Below are positions 12,961 through 28,244 of a stretch of 64,000 bases of DNA, one piece after another (within the stretch, counting starts at the first letter, position 1; every line of letters starts with the position of its first letter). Below the pieces are notes generated by a model. The model was not told the origin of the DNA, did no database searches, and worked only from the letters and a program-made list of their open reading frames with translations. A program made the translations under genes and the position numbers. The DNA lies in assembly GCF_009914755.1 (NCBI RefSeq), contig NC_060947.1; one strand, written 5' to 3'. This DNA is from the human T2T-CHM13v2.0 reference genome, Homo sapiens.

Positions 12961-13754
12961 TTGGTTCATCATTTCTCATCAGTCTCTGGGCAAAGTTTGG
13001 GGTTACTAGGGCATTGGAATCTGTGATAAGTCCACCCAGTATCATTAGGGACCCATGCCCCAGACGGCACTCCCTTTCATAAGTGGCTCATAGACCTCCT
13101 TATTGGCTGCCTTCATCCTTATTCCAAAGCTCCAGCTCACCTTCCCACCCATGTTGAGGATGACTCTTAGGAGCAGGTCTCTGTTTTGTTTTACCCTCAA
13201 AGATGGGAAATATTTCCCTCTCAAATTATCATAGTTTTTATCCAGCCTGGATGATTTAACCACAACTCTTTTTAGGTCCTCAAAAGTCACCCTTATCACT
13301 CCACCATCAAACTCTCAGGTCCAGAGAGCATTCCTGTAATGACCGACAAATATCTGAAAGCTATATACTTTTCAGCTCTGTCCCTCCCTGGAGTGAGTTC
13401 CCAGTTACAACTCCTAATTCCTTATACGTAATCTAAAAGGAGATTTATCAGCTTTCTTTCCTCTTTGTCTTGATCCTTAACTCTAGTATCCCAGGAGGCC
13501 ATGAGGCTCTCACGCAACTAGAACTAAAGTCTTACCCTGAAAGTCCAGATTTCTGAAGGTAGATAGCAGATTAGGCTCTTTGCATGGTTATATTTGATAC
13601 ATGCTGCAAACAGATCCACCAAGGAAGTTGAGTGCTGTTGGTTTTATTATTTTAAAAAAATCTGAAGGGGTCAGTTTACTTTTTCTTCTTCATCAGATTT
13701 CATAATAGTGGACAATTCTATGTTCTGTCATAGACTATTTGCTTTTCTAAATAC

Positions 13755-14079
13755 ACTTTTTACAGTGAATTAAGAAACATTTTACTCAATAGGTCACTTT
13801 CTGGATTTCCAGTGGAAGTATTTTTGCCCAAAGGGGAATGAGTATTGTCAAAGTTGTCTTCGTGAATTGCACTTGAGGTCAAATTAAAAACAGCCTTTGG
13901 GGCTCAATTACAGAATCATAGAAATCATAGGCCTTGAAGGAAAAATAGCTCTTTTATTTCCTGGAAAAAAAAGTTCAAACTTGAACTTGTAAAGTTTGAA
14001 CCACAGCAAGAGCTAAGAAAGGAATATTTCCTCTTGTTTCTTTTATTCCAGGGCTAGATTTAACTAAAAAATCGAACAG
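13755..14079 (+). repeat. Dispersed direct duplication, copy B
   Basis: About 91% identical to 9263-9586, same orientation, 4.5 kb downstream. Confidence 0.96.
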
Positions 14080-14242
14080 TCTAGCAATGAAAGTGTCCCT
14101 AACACTTTTTTTGTGTGTGTGTCCAGTTTAGTGCTGTGGGAAAGACAAAAGAATCAGAAGACTTGGTGACTGCTCTCTAAAATCTACAAGTCACACAAGA
14201 GAAATGACAAGAAAGCACATCAGATTGTACAGCATGTTCTAG

Positions 14243-14390
14243 TCCAGAGCTTTTTAACTTTAATGTGCATACAAATCACCTCTGATTCAGAAGTTCTGTG
14301 GTGGGGCTCAAGAGTCTGTATTTCTAACAAGTTCCTAGGTGATACTAATGCCACTAGTCTGTGGCCCACACTTTGAGTAACGAAGTTCTA
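14243..14390. mobile_element. MER5A-family hAT-Charlie MITE
   Basis: aactttaatgtgcatacaaatcacc...tttctaacaagttcctaggtgat...cacactttgagtaac. Confidence 0.8.
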
Positions 14391-14763
14391 GTTGTGGAAG
14401 ATACTGGAGTCTTGTGTAGGAACATAAAGGTGAGGGAGATAATGAAGGTGAGACTGTCAAGAAGTATGCAGATTAGGAGCAATTCGCATCTAGCAGAGCC
14501 AAAGGCCAACAAAGGATTCTCACTTACAATGGCCCCATCAGGAGCCCGAAAGAATCCTGGCGTGAATTACAAACATGGTGCCCTTAATTCAGTTTTGCCC
14601 ACTCACATTCTCACTAAATTGGTAAAATGTAAATTGATTCTGCTTCCACCTAAGAAGGTATGATCCTAATATGTACATAACACATTTAGTATGATATTAG
14701 TTAAGTAACTTGCTGATCTATTTCCATTGAATGTTTTGTGATCAAAACATGGAAGTACAACCA

Positions 14764-15168
14764 CGTTCTGCTGTGAGTAGACATATGCAAACCTACCCCT
14801 AAAGGAAGCTGGGAGGCTGAAGAAAGAGGCTGACAAATCCAATTTCTTCGAAAGAAACATTTAATAAGGACTTACAAACAGAAGCCATGTCTTAGACAGC
14901 TGCGAGAGGAGATGGTGGGTCCCTGAACCATTACCCGGCAGACCCAGGGCTTATATACCATAGGGAATTTGCCTGATGACAGGATTTATGGCAAGTACAA
15001 TAATATCTAGGTTGTTTTGAGCCAAGGGCAGGATTTACTGTAAGTACATGCTCTTACACAAGGAACAGTAGATACAATAGAAATCTTCGAGGCATACACG
15101 GAACTGGTGTTAATCAGAAGTCAACACGGTGGATTAGCATCAACGATGGAGTTGCTTTAGTCTCCACA
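14764..15168 (-). mobile_element. Solo LTR, LTR47-like (ERVL)
   Basis: Reverse complement begins tgtggagactaaagcaactccatc; retains TATATAA and ATTAAA on the minus strand; 5-bp TSD aacca/aacaa. Confidence 0.8.
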
Positions 15169-16391
15169 AACAACCACAGACTAACCACCTAAGACTAGTT
15201 ATAATCAAAAGAACAAATAATCAAATGAACTTCCTCACCCAAATAATGTTTGCTGGGGATCGTCTACCAGAAAAGAGTGATAGTTTTAATAACCTGTATT
15301 TTAGGCTGCATAATATGCCTCCAAAAAAGTTATGTGACTTGGGAAGTTATAAAAGAAAACCAAAGAAAGAACAAAAACGACTTAAAAGACAGAAAGGTTT
15401 TGTTGACTTTTCAGAACATTGACTCTGTTGAGCCCTTGGAAAGGAATTAGAGAGTGAATCTGTTTCCTTATATTATTTTTATTAATAAAAAAACTAACTT
15501 TTCCCTCCATCACACACACTAAAAAAACGCTGAGTAAACATTTAAAGGATATCAATGTGAAAAAGCACCAAATGATTAACCTGTTGTCCTCACAACTCAC
15601 TCTAAAGGGAAAGGATTTAGACTGGTTGAAGGGAAGAGCATTTTAGGCAGGAAGAGAGTTCAGGCAATAGCAGTAGTACTGTTTGCTTAGAGCTGGAAAG
15701 GGGTTGTGGAAAATAAGGTTGCCAAGGCAGGTTGTGGCCAGATGGTAGAGAACCTGCTAAATGCCTAGCTAACAGTCTGGATGCTCTTCTTTAAGTAAGC
15801 ACATTTTTGACCTAGAGATGAAATAAAATATGAAAAGGGCCATATTGAAGTAATTGGTAGTTGACACTTGGCCATGCATACTATGGGCCATTCACCCATT
15901 TGACAGCTCCCGGGGGGCTCTAAGGGTAGTTCAGTGGGGAGGGGTGTCCAAGTTTATGGTAAATGCACCAGCAGACCATTGAAGAGAAAGACAAGCTAAT
16001 CTCCAGTACCTTGGGACCAGACCCAAACCAGAGACTTCTCAGAAAGCCCAAAAGGCTTAGAGAGTAACTGGTCCTCAGAGGGGCAAAATGCCTAGCAGGT
16101 CCCTGAGAGACTGGGGGGCATCCATATTTTTCTCATTAACTTATTCATGACAAGAAGCATTATGTCTTGCTGAGGATGTTGGAAAATATTTCACTGAAGT
16201 CTTAAGTTGGAAAAAAAATTTAAAGTTTTTTTCCTCTTTATGACCCCAAGCCAAAGAAAAAGTTTGTCACTCTGAATGTTTATGAGAGGGGTAAGCCAGA
16301 AGAGCAGACACAGCCAAATCCCTCTGACTCATTACTGAGCTGTAGGAGCAGCATGCTCAATTAGTAGGCAGTATAATTTAGCCAGCCCCCA

Positions 16392-16454
16392 GGGTGGGGC
16401 CAGGGGAGGTGGTGGTGAGGCAGAGGGTGGGTGCTGGGGGTTGGGGGTGGGGGG
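16392..16454 (+). other. G-rich tract, canonical G-quadruplex motif
   Basis: gggtgggtgctgggggttgggggtgggggg at 16425-16454: five G-tracts with loops of 1, 4, 2 and 1 nt. Confidence 0.7.
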
Positions 16455-17274
16455 TTGAGTGAGGTGGAAATTGGAATTTTTCAAAGTTATAAATTTACTC
16501 AAGAAAGCAAGACAGCAGGTGACCTCTCTGAGTGAAGTCAGGTCTACATGGCTGTCAGTCACTTCTGAGCTCCAGTACGTCATTTGTTTGACCCTGCTGT
16601 CTATACAGCTAAAATGAGTAATGTATTAGCAATGTGAGAAGCCTCAGATCATAAAACCAAAGGGGAATAAATCAGCCAAGATTGTCAGGATGTGGAAGAG
16701 GTGGAGATTTAGAGCTGGGACTCCACCAGGCTGGGGACTACTCTTCTTGCTCTAAAGATGCCAGGTCAGGGTAGCTGTAATGTTGCCCAATATGAACACG
16801 AGCTCTGGACTAAATTTTCTTCTGTTCCTGTTGAGAGAGGGCTGTTGGTGATGAACAGCATCCCCATGGGTAGTGAGATTATCTTGATTGTTGTGTTTTT
16901 AAACACACCTTTACTCTCTGTGTCACACTTACATGCTCATTCATTATTTTCTTCATTTAGCTAAGATTGTTTACCCGTCTCCTATATGCCAAGTGCTGTG
17001 CAAAGCATGAGGAAGACAATGCTGGCCAAGAACCAGGCCTAACCTCAATGAGCTTTCAGTAGAGATGGTCCAAGGACAGTCTGAAAGTGCCTAGATTATT
17101 CCAGAATCACCCATGCAAGAGATTACTCCAGACCACAGGGTGATTTAAGTCCTCCTCAGGGCAAATTGAATCTGTCATCTGGCTTGGACTCCTACAAGAG
17201 GTCCCTGACTGCCTTGTAGTATGGAAGAGGAGGAGATTTGGGAGAAATTAATCCAGAACTTTCTTCTCTCTCTC

Positions 17275-17520
17275 ATCCTGTGTAAGTGATGGAGTGTATG
17301 CCTCCCTACATGGATTCTCAGAATCAAATCTGGGCCAACATACGTGAGGCTTCACTTCCTCTTCTGAGCAACCTTCTAACCAAGCCTGGGCGTTGTACAT
17401 TCCTAGCCCATGTCCCAAGCTCACACTCAAGGCTGTCCTCATCCAACATTGGCAGTTCTGTCACAAGTAAACACTGGCTCCTCCATAATGGATGTTATGA
17501 AGAATCTAAGAGTAATGAAC
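17275..17520 (+). mobile_element. MIR (degenerate)
   Basis: gatggagtgtatgcc...ggattctcagaatcaaatctgggcc...ggatgttatgaagaatctaagagtaatg. Confidence 0.45.
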
Positions 17521-17975
17521 TGATTACCATACCTGAAAAATAAAAAGCATACTTACTACCACATCCCAGAATAGGGATGGTTCTGCCAGGCAAACTGTTC
17601 TAGTTCCATCTTAATGTGACCAGATAATTTTTGAGGTATTAATTTATGTTCTCCCTTTCCCCAAATATTTTTCCTTTTATTCTTCTATTTCTAGCTGGTA
17701 ACCAGACTCTGGGCTTCCTCACCTAAGAGAAAGCTTGCGGCAGGAGAGCTCAAGTTGACTATGTGGCATGACACTGGGGCTATGGGAAAAGAGGGGGAGT
17801 GTCTTAAGGCAGTTACCCTGGAGGACAGAGAGCCAGAGAAACCCAGAAGGGGCCACGTTTTGTAGCTACGGGGAAATAGAGGAGATCTGCATTCTAGGGA
17901 GGGAAGGAAACAAATCTCAGAGGAAGACTGTGAGATGCCCCCGGGAGGCTTCCACTGGCTGACACTTACAGATGA

Positions 17976-18460
<485 letters not shown>

Positions 18461-18727
18461 TGAATTTTTCTTTTACATTAAATAAGGGTTCCAAATGTGC
18501 TGACCTTTTCTGAGATGACAAGTGATCCTAACTTTTGCATTTAGCAGAAACTTTTTGTAAAAGCACATAATCTACCCCTTTGAAATAAAAAGTTAATGTG
18601 TTTTAAATGAGTGAGAAATTAACTACTATTTGAAAGAAATCTATGCCATGAAAAGCACATAGATGTCTGGAAGTTTCCTTCATTGTGTTATTTTTGTTGC
18701 AGAAGAGTGTGTATAAAGACTTTCTTA

Positions 18728-19170
18728 TCATCAACCTAAGTGCATATCAATGGTGAATTGGATAAAGAAAACATGGTACATATACACCATGGAATATTTT
18801 GCAGCCATGACAAAGAATGAAATCATGTCTTTGCAGCAACATGGATGCAGCTGGAGGCCATCATACTAAGCAAATTAATGCAGGAACAGGAAACCAAATA
18901 TCACATTTTCTCACTTGTAAGTGGGAGCTATACATTGGGTACATATGGACATAAAGATGGAAACAGTAGACACTGAGGACTACTAGAGCAGGGAGAAGGG
19001 AGGGGAGGGCAAGGGCTGAAAACTCCATGTTGGGTACTATGCTCACTACTTGGGTGAGGACCATTTGTGTCCCAAACCTCAGCATCACACAATATACCCA
19101 TGTAATAAACCTACACATGCAACCCCTGAATCTAAAACGAAAGTTGAAATTTTTTAAAAAAGAAAAAAGT
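18728..19170 (+). mobile_element. L1 3' end (L1PA15-16/L1PB-like)
   Basis: caacctaagtg...ggataaagaaaacatggtacatatacaccatggaata...ccaaacctcagcatcacacaatatacccatgtaataaacc followed by an A-rich tail. Confidence 0.9.
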
Positions 19171-20235
19171 AGGAAAAAGGGGAAATAAATATATTAGAAG
19201 TGATCAATATTCATCACTACTTTGAATAAAACATGGAGATTATTAATTAAGCTCCGGATTGTTTTTTCACATTTCTAGGAGAAATCAATATATTCTTCCA
19301 TAAACAGTGAAAGACATAGAATAAATGAGTAACTGAAACTTCAATCCTATTCTTGTAAGAAGTTATGAAAGATTGACTCTGTAAGTATTCTTATTCATTT
19401 GCAAATGAATATTTGTTGCAAATATATAGATAAGTATTGAAGTATTTGTTTTTTAGTTTCTCTGTCTTATAGCTAGTCACAACATATTTTTGAATTCTTC
19501 CAAATTGTATATTTGTTTGACTAAGAAAGCTATAAGAGCACAGTTGAGTGCTCTAGGGACCATTTACAGGAAAGAAGAACTTTTTTGTGTATTTCATACT
19601 TTTGTATATTTTAGACTGGCTTATGCTGATGAGGATTTTCTCCTATAAATTTTAAGGATAGAGATTCCATCTTGTATTAATGCCAATTAGAAATGTGTCA
19701 TAAATATTATACTTTTTAAATTTTGCTTTATCTCTTAAGTAGAGTTCAAATAGAAAATCATTGCATTGTATAGATAAATGATTGATAGTTAAGAGATTTT
19801 AATTTAAAATAGTCATTGACTATAAACTGATTAACTGATTTTACAGACTGCAGAACGTATTATGTCTGGAATATGTTGTTCTATATATTACATTTATAGA
19901 TTAAGAAATGCATGTGCAGAGTGCAGAAATTGAGTTCTGAAATCAATACAGGCAATTATAAATTAATGTACCTCCTTTAGAAAGTGAAATTTCACAATGT
20001 AATTACTACATTTCTTGACTGAAGTAATAAAAATTGTGAAACTATGAAACAAAACTTTCATATCTGCACATTTATAAAGAAAACATAGACATGAAATCTT
20101 CAATCCTGTTTAAGTATCTTCCAAATGAAATCATCTTCAAAATGCTGCATCTTCTATTTGTTTTATTAGAACAGTTTGACATTAAAAGATGGAAATTCAC
20201 TAGCCTCATTTCAACAAGAATCTTTACATAATCGA

Positions 20236-20742
20236 TGTCATGGTTATTTTTATGTGTCAACTTGACTGAGCCACAGAATGCTTATATTAAACGTTATTTC
20301 TGGATGTGTCTGAGTGTATTCCCGGATGAGATTAGCATTTGAATTGGTGGACTCAGTAGACTGCCTTCCCCAATGTGGATAGGCATCCAACAATTCATTG
20401 AGGGCCTAAATAGAACAAAAAACTGGGAAAGGAAAAGAGGATTTGACCCCTTTCTGCTTGCCTGGTTGAGCTGGGACATTGGTCTCTCCTGTTCTTGGAC
20501 TGGGATCCAAGAACCATTCACTCCTCTGGTTCTCAGGTCTTCAGACTTAGACTGGAATTACACCAGCAGCTTTCCTGGGTCTCCAGCTTGCAGATAGCAG
20601 ATCATGGGACTTCTCATCCTCCATAATCGCATGAGCTAATTTCTTGTAATGAATAAGTATATGTACACTAAGGGACATAGATCTGTATCTGTATATGTGT
20701 ATATCCTACTGGTTCTTTCTCTGGAGAATCCTAACTAATGCA
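20236..20742 (+). mobile_element. MLT2 (ERVL) solo LTR
   Basis: tgtcatggttatttttatgtgtcaacttgac...ctctggagaatcctaactaatgca; TSD atcga/attga. Confidence 0.9.
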
Positions 20743-21039
20743 ATTGATATGTTGCTCAAAAAAGAGAGTATTATGATTACTCAATGCAGCCAATAATCTA
20801 ATCTACATATCTTTATCTATGTCTTGGCTAACCATGTCAAGCCATTAAAACCAAGTTTTATCAAAATAAACTGAAACTGAAACCAGACATTCAAAGCACA
20901 CTTCCACAAAGTATTAAACTATGATTTTCCAAAAGCACAAAATACATTTAATCACATTGCTCTCACTTAAAAAATAAAAAAGTAAGATGAAAAAGGTTTT
21001 TGGCCCTTTTGTTAATAAGAATCAAAAATATTTTTACCA

Positions 21040-23545
21040 AATAGGATTTATTCTAGGCATGCAACATTCAAAAATCAATTAATGTTATTCATGTCCACAA
21101 GCTAAAGAAGAAAAATCACATAACTATAACAATAGATGCAGAAAAAGCATTTGAAAAAATTTAACACCCATTCATCATTAAAAGCTTTCAGCAAACTAGG
21201 AATAGATGGGAACTTCCTCAACTTGATAAAGAACAGCTACAAAAAACCTACAGCTAACACCATATTTAGTGGTGAGAAACTAAGTTTTCTTACTAAGATC
21301 AGTAACAAAGCAAGGACATCTCCCCTCATCACTGCTTTTCAACATCATACAGGAAGTCCTAGCTAATGCAATAATACAAGAAAAGAAAGTAAAGAAAAAT
21401 ACAGGTTTGGAAGGAAGAAATAAAATTGTCTTTATTTGCAGATGACATGTTTGCTTATGTAGAAAATCTGAAAGAATTGACACCAAAAACCTCCTGAAAC
21501 TAAGTTATTTTAGCAAGGTTTCAGGACATAAGGTTAATATACAAAATCAATCTCTTTTCTATATATCAACAGTGAAGAAGTAAAATATGAAATTAAAAAC
21601 ACAATACCATTTACATTAACACCTCAAAAAATGAAATACTTCTTAGGTATAAATCTAACAAAACATGTACAAAATTTATTTGAGGAAAATATAAAACTCT
21701 GATGAAAGAAATCAAAGAAGAACTAAACAAATGGAGAGAGGTTCCATGTTCACAGATAGAAATATTCAATATTGTCAAGATGTCAGTTCTTCTCAACTTG
21801 ATCTATAGATTTAATATAAACCCAATCAAAACCCCAGCCTGTAATTTTGTAGATATTGACAAATGATTCTAACGTTTATATGGAGAGGCAAATGACTCGG
21901 AATAGCCAATACAATGTTGAAAAAGAAGAAAAAAGTTGGAGGACTGACACTACCCGACCTCAAGACTTACTATACAACTACAGTAATCAAGACAGTGTAA
22001 TATTCTCAAAAGAATAGACAAATAGATTCATAGAACAGAACAGAGAGCCCAGAAATACAACCACACAAATACAGTCAACCAATCTTTGGCAAAGGAACAA
22101 AGGCAATAAAATGGAGGAAAGACAGTCTTCTCAACAAATGGTGCTGGAAGAACTGAACATTCACGTGCAAGAAAAATGAAGCTAGATGCAGGCATTATAC
22201 CCTTTGCAGATATTAACTCAAAATCAATCATAGACCAAAGAGTAAGATGCAAAACTATAAGGCTCCCAGAAGACAACACAGGAGAAAATTTAGTTGGCCA
22301 TGGATTTGGCAATGACTTTTTAGGTACAACACCAAAGGCATAATCCATGAAAGAAATAATTGATGAGATTAAATTCATTAATTTTTTTTAATTTTTAAAA
22401 AGACATGTCAAGAGAATGAGAAGACAATTCACCAACTAGGAGAAAATATTTTCAAAAGACATATCTGATAAAGAACTGTTATCCAAAATATAAAGAGAAT
22501 ACTTGAAACTTAACAATAAGAAAATGAACAACCCAACTTAAAAATGGGCAAAAGAACTGAACAGACACCTCACCAAAGATACACAGATGGCAAATGAGCA
22601 TACAAAAAGATGCTCAACATTATAATGTCACTAGGGAGTTGCAGGTTAAAACGACAGCGAGGTACCACTGCACACCCATTAGAATGGCAAAAATACAAAA
22701 TACTAACCACAACACTAAATGCTGGTGGGGGTGGAGCAACATAAACTCTCATTTATTGTTGTGGGAATGTAAAATAATATGGCCACTTTGGAAGATGGTC
22801 TGACAATTTCTTACTAAACTAAAAAGACTCTTAACACATGATCTAGCAGTTGGACCCCTTGGTATTTACCCGAATGAGTTGAAAACTAATGTGCATACAC
22901 ACTCATGTATGCACACAGATGTTTATAGCAGCTTCATTCATAATTGCCAAAACTTGGAAGCAACCAAGATGTCCTTCAGTGGGGTGAATGGATAAATAAA
23001 GTGTGGTACCTCCAGAAAATGAAATATTATTTATTGCTAAAAAGAAATGAGCTATCGAGCTATGAAAAGACATAGAAAAACCTCAAATGTACATTACTAA
23101 GTGAAAGAAGCGAATATGAAAAAGCTACATACTGTATGATTCCAACTATAAGACATTTTGGAAAAGGCAAAACTATGGAGACAGTAAAATGATCAGTGAT
23201 TACCAGGGGTTAGGATGGAAGGAGGGATAAACAGGTGAAACACAGAGGCTTGTTAGGGCAACAAAACTATTCTGTATGAAACAGTAATTGTGGATACCTG
23301 TCATTATACATTTTTCAAGATCCATAGAATGTACAACACCAAGAATGAACCCTAATGTAAACTATGGACGTTGGATGACAATTATGTGTCAATGTAGGTT
23401 CATTGATTGTTAACAAATGTACCAGTCTGGTGCAAGATATCAATAGTGGAGAGGCTGTCTATGTAGGGGCAGGTGATATGTGGGAACTCTCTGTACTTCC
23501 CACTCAATTTTGCTGTGAACCTAATAAAGTCTACTTTAAAGAAAC
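21040..23545 (+). mobile_element. L1MC1-like LINE, decayed ORF2 (RT and C-terminus) plus 3'UTR
   Basis: ORF-track peptide SKLGIDGNFLNLIKNSYKKPTAN resembles L1 ORF2; RT motif FADD (tttgcagatgac) at 21435-21446; many stops and frameshifts; L1MC-type 3'UTR gaatgtacaacaccaagaatgaaccctaatgtaaactatgg. Confidence 0.92.
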
Positions 23546-23774
23546 AGAATGACCACAGACAGTCTAAGAAAGTGATTGTTCAATTCTTTTATGTTCAGCC
23601 CATCAGCAAAATATTTAGAGTATGCATCCTCAGTAAATGCATATGTATCTTTCATATGTTTTGTTAAGTATTAAATATAATTATACTATCCTATTTTGTA
23701 CACTGCAACAAAATATAAATCTTAAACAAACATTGCTTATTTTATGTCTATTTCACCCTTTCAGAATTTCTTAG

Positions 23775-24180
<406 letters not shown>

Positions 24181-24255
24181 TGAGTATAATTTATAAACAA
24201 ATAAATATGCATGCATTAGGAGTGAGCTCAGGATTCTTTTTAATTGAGAGGGGAT

Positions 24256-24710
24256 CGAGTTCTACCAGAAGCAGAGCTGAGGCAAGAACCTGGATGCAGA
24301 AATTTCATCTCTTTGGTAATCCTAGAAAGAAGAGTTAAGAGACAAGGAGTATGAGACAGGAGAGAAGGAAAAGTCACGGCATTGTTGAGCTGATTACCTC
24401 TGTGTGCAACTGAGGCTTAGTCCTGCTAGGGACCAGCTGAAGAACTACCAAATGTGCCTCGGAAATGTTCTTTCAAAAGATGGAAATCTGGGGCATTTAT
24501 CTCTTGACCGCCACCCCTCATTGGTGCAGGGTTGCCCTCAGAAGTGTTAACTCTGCCCCCCCCACACACACTTCTGTGTGCCCTGTGAGGATTAAGTTCC
24601 TGAAAGCAGGCGGAAGCGGCTGACACTGCGGTAAGACTCTGTCAATGTGTGTGGAAACTATCTGCCGCAAGGGATGTGGTATGGAACACTAAAAACATTT
24701 GCTGCAAGGA
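24256..24710 (-). mobile_element. LTR16-like (ERVL) solo LTR
   Basis: gagttctaccagaagcagagctgaggcaag...gcaactgaggcttagtcctgctaggg...ggggcatttatc...agggttgccc. Confidence 0.65.
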
Positions 24711-24816
24711 CTATGTTAAAACAAAAGTTTGGAGATCCCTAGTTTGTTGAATAAATGAAGCTATCATCTTCCTCCACCGTTTAAAGGCAGCACATCCACA
24801 CAAACGTCAATTATGA

Positions 24817-25472
<656 letters not shown>

Positions 25473-25494
25473 TCAGGATGTTCTGACATCAGAC

Positions 25495-25715
25495 TGAGTT
25501 AGGCAAATACCCAGGTAGTTTACTTTCTGGGTTCTTTATTTCTGGCTATATGACTCTGAGCAAGTTATTTTATTTTTCTCAGCCTCAGTTTCACCATCCG
25601 TTTACTAGGAACAATAATGCCGACCTCAAGGCATTGAGATAGGTTTAAAGTTAGGATTAAAATGAGATTATCCATATATAAAGTGCCTGGCACAAAAACA
25701 CCAGCTAATAAATAC
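25495..25715 (+). mobile_element. MIR
   Basis: tgtgactctgagcaagttattt...ctcagcctcagtttcacc...ggattaaaatgag...aaagtgcctggcaca. Confidence 0.75.
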
Positions 25716-26046
25716 GGTGTTTTTGGTGGTTTGTTTTTTTTTCATCCTTTGCCTCTCCTACACCTGGACACAGAAGATGTACAGCTTGAGGGTTAAAGTG
25801 CAAATCTTAAAGCAGAAAGAGGGGTTCAGAGTCAGACTCTACCATCAGTTTCAGAACCTTAAGCAAGATCCTTCAAGTCTTGTTGAGATTCTTTCTAAAA
25901 TGAATTAATCCACCACTTTGTCTAAGCATATATAGAATATTGAATATAATTTACAATGCTTTTCAGACTACTGCATACTTCCATCATATATTTCTTGATT
26001 TTGCTTTCTCTCTTGAGATTTAGGATTTCACAGTGCCTTGATTTAC

Positions 26047-26790
26047 CTTTTTTTATTATGGAAAACTTTAAACACTTACAAAAGTAAAAAGAATAGTATA
26101 ATGAGCCCCTATTAGCCAACTTTAACAATTACCAATCTTCTTTCATCTATACCCTCACTCTCTTCTCTCTCTCTCCCGTGTTATTTTGCAGCAAATCACA
26201 GACATCAGATCATCGCATCTGTAAATATTTTAGTATGCATCTTTAAATGATAAAGACTCTTAAACATACACTCAATACTATTATCATATCTTAAAATTTA
26301 ATAATTTTTTAATATCATCAAATACCCAGTCAGTGCTCAAATTTCCACTTATCTCATAAATCTTTTTAAAACTATTTGTTGTTTGAACTAGTATCTAAAT
26401 AAAGTCAACACATTTTAAGGGAATAATTTGCCTCTTGAATCTCTTTAATTTTGTAGGTGGCTCCTCTATCACTATTTTTTCCTTCAATTTGTAAAGAAAC
26501 AGGATTATTTGTCCTACAGATTCCCTACAGTCTGGATTTCGTTGATTGTACCTCCATGGTACCATTTAACATGTTCTCTGTCTTTCTATTTTCTATTTCC
26601 TGTAAATTGGTAGCAGGATCTAGAGGTTGATCAGATTTGGATTTGCACTTTGTTCGTAAGTGGTGGGTGTGTTCTTCTATCAGAAGTACATAATATCTTG
26701 TTGCCTCTCTATGATGTTACCAACCATTGATGATCAATGCCTAGATCTATTAATTTCCTGTTGCAAGCTGATATTCTAGGTCATTAATAG
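26047..26790 (-). mobile_element. L1MC4/5-like 3' region
   Basis: ttttattatggaaaactttaaacac...gcaaatcacagacatc...tgtaaatattttagtatgcatct...cagtctggatttcgttgattg. Confidence 0.7.
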
Positions 26791-27543
26791 AGATGGTAAA
26801 TAAAGACTCATCTGAAGGTGTCCCCCAGTGGCTCTGTTAGATGTCTCTTTCACAAATTAGAAAGCCATGGAAGGATGAGCTTAAGCAGGACACTTCATTA
26901 TCCCAACATCCCTTTGTTCATGACTTTTCAGTCTGCTTGAATCCGTTGGGACAACCTCCAAGTCCGGATTCAAACCAAATTTAGTTTGTTGAATACAAAC
27001 ATTCTCTTAGTCTTTGGAACAAACTGATCATTAAAGACTAAACATGTGACATGTTCCACACTCACTGGATCCACGGTTTCTATAATTCACTAAAAGGGGA
27101 TAGTTTGTTGTGATAACACAAAGTGTCCTTTTTTTCTTCATTCCAGGGCTTTCTAACAGAGCCACCTATGGTGGGGGTGAGGGCAGGGGGCTTTACTGTC
27201 AGATAAGTCCTTATTTAACATCTTTATTAATGACCTAAAGTAGATTAAGCTACCCATGAATGAGTAACCACTGAACTGAAAACAAGGACAGGTCATGCCC
27301 GAAATGTAGAGGCGACAGCAACGTGTTGTGGTTTTGCGGGCAAGCTCATTGTAGAAGCTCTGGTTACATGGGAGTTGGCCAGACCTGTTGCTTCACTCCA
27401 GCACATATAGGAAAATGACTGGCCCACCACTCGGAAGGAGGTCTGGACTGAAAAGGCTGTGTGGGACAATCATAAAAGTGCCTGTATAAATCTTACATAA
27501 CAAAAGTGAAAAGGGATTGCCTGAGAAATAACAGAACTTTATA

Positions 27544-27910
27544 CGATAGTCCCCCTTATCCATGATTTTGCTTTCTGCAGTTTCAGTTACCCACAGTCAA
27601 TAGCAGTCCAAAAATATTAAATGGAAAATTCCAGAAATAAACAATTCATAAGTTTTAAATTATGCACCGTATGAGTAGCATGATGAAATCTCATGCCGTC
27701 CCACTCCATCCTGCTTGGGACATGAATTCCCCCTTTGTCCAGCGGGCCCATGCTGTCTATGCTACCCACTTGTTAATGACCTAGTAGCCATCTCAGTTAT
27801 TAGATTTTTTTAAAAAAAATAGTACTTATAGAGTTCCGTACTCTTTGCGGCTTCAGGCATCCACTGGGGGTCTTGAAACATATCCCCTGCAAATAAGGGG
27901 GGGAGTACTG
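27544..27910. mobile_element. MER44A (TcMar-Tigger MITE), full length
   Basis: Degenerate TIRs cgatagtcccccttatc and aataagggggggagtactg, flanked by TA at 27542-27543 and 27911-27912. Confidence 0.88.
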
Positions 27911-28244
27911 TATGTGATTTCTGTGTTTTGAAAAATACAGGAATAAAATTGGAGCAAGATAAGCTGCTAAGTTATGAGAAGAAAATGCTACAGGAAAGGA
28001 AACTTAATAACTTTGTAAGAAATTAACTCAGCAGAATTTCCAATCTTAAATCACTGCATAGGCAATGTGTGTAATCACTCTTGACTTTAAGGAACTCTTG
28101 ATTTGGTTTCAAAGGACAAATTCATTAGTAAACTGGAGAAATCCATGTACTCCAAACCACACAACTTTTGGAAAGGGCACAGGCTTAAAGCTTATACCCA
28201 GAGATCCATTACGAATGGAGTGGTCACCAGATAGTGGTCTCCTG

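Noticed and set aside
13755-14079. Copy B as an L1-mediated orphan transduction of copy A
   Set aside because: No poly(A) tail, poly(A) signal or TSD around copy B, and the neighbouring L1 is 5'-truncated so could not be a source element.
17527-17694. Splice-like motifs (minus-strand cag|gtatgg near 17533; + strand acceptor at 17694)
   Set aside because: No partner sites or reading frame defining an exon; such motifs are common by chance.
21136-22803. Reverse-transcriptase-like peptides
   Set aside because: Fragments of a dead L1MC ORF2 with many stops and frameshifts; not a gene or a novel RT system.
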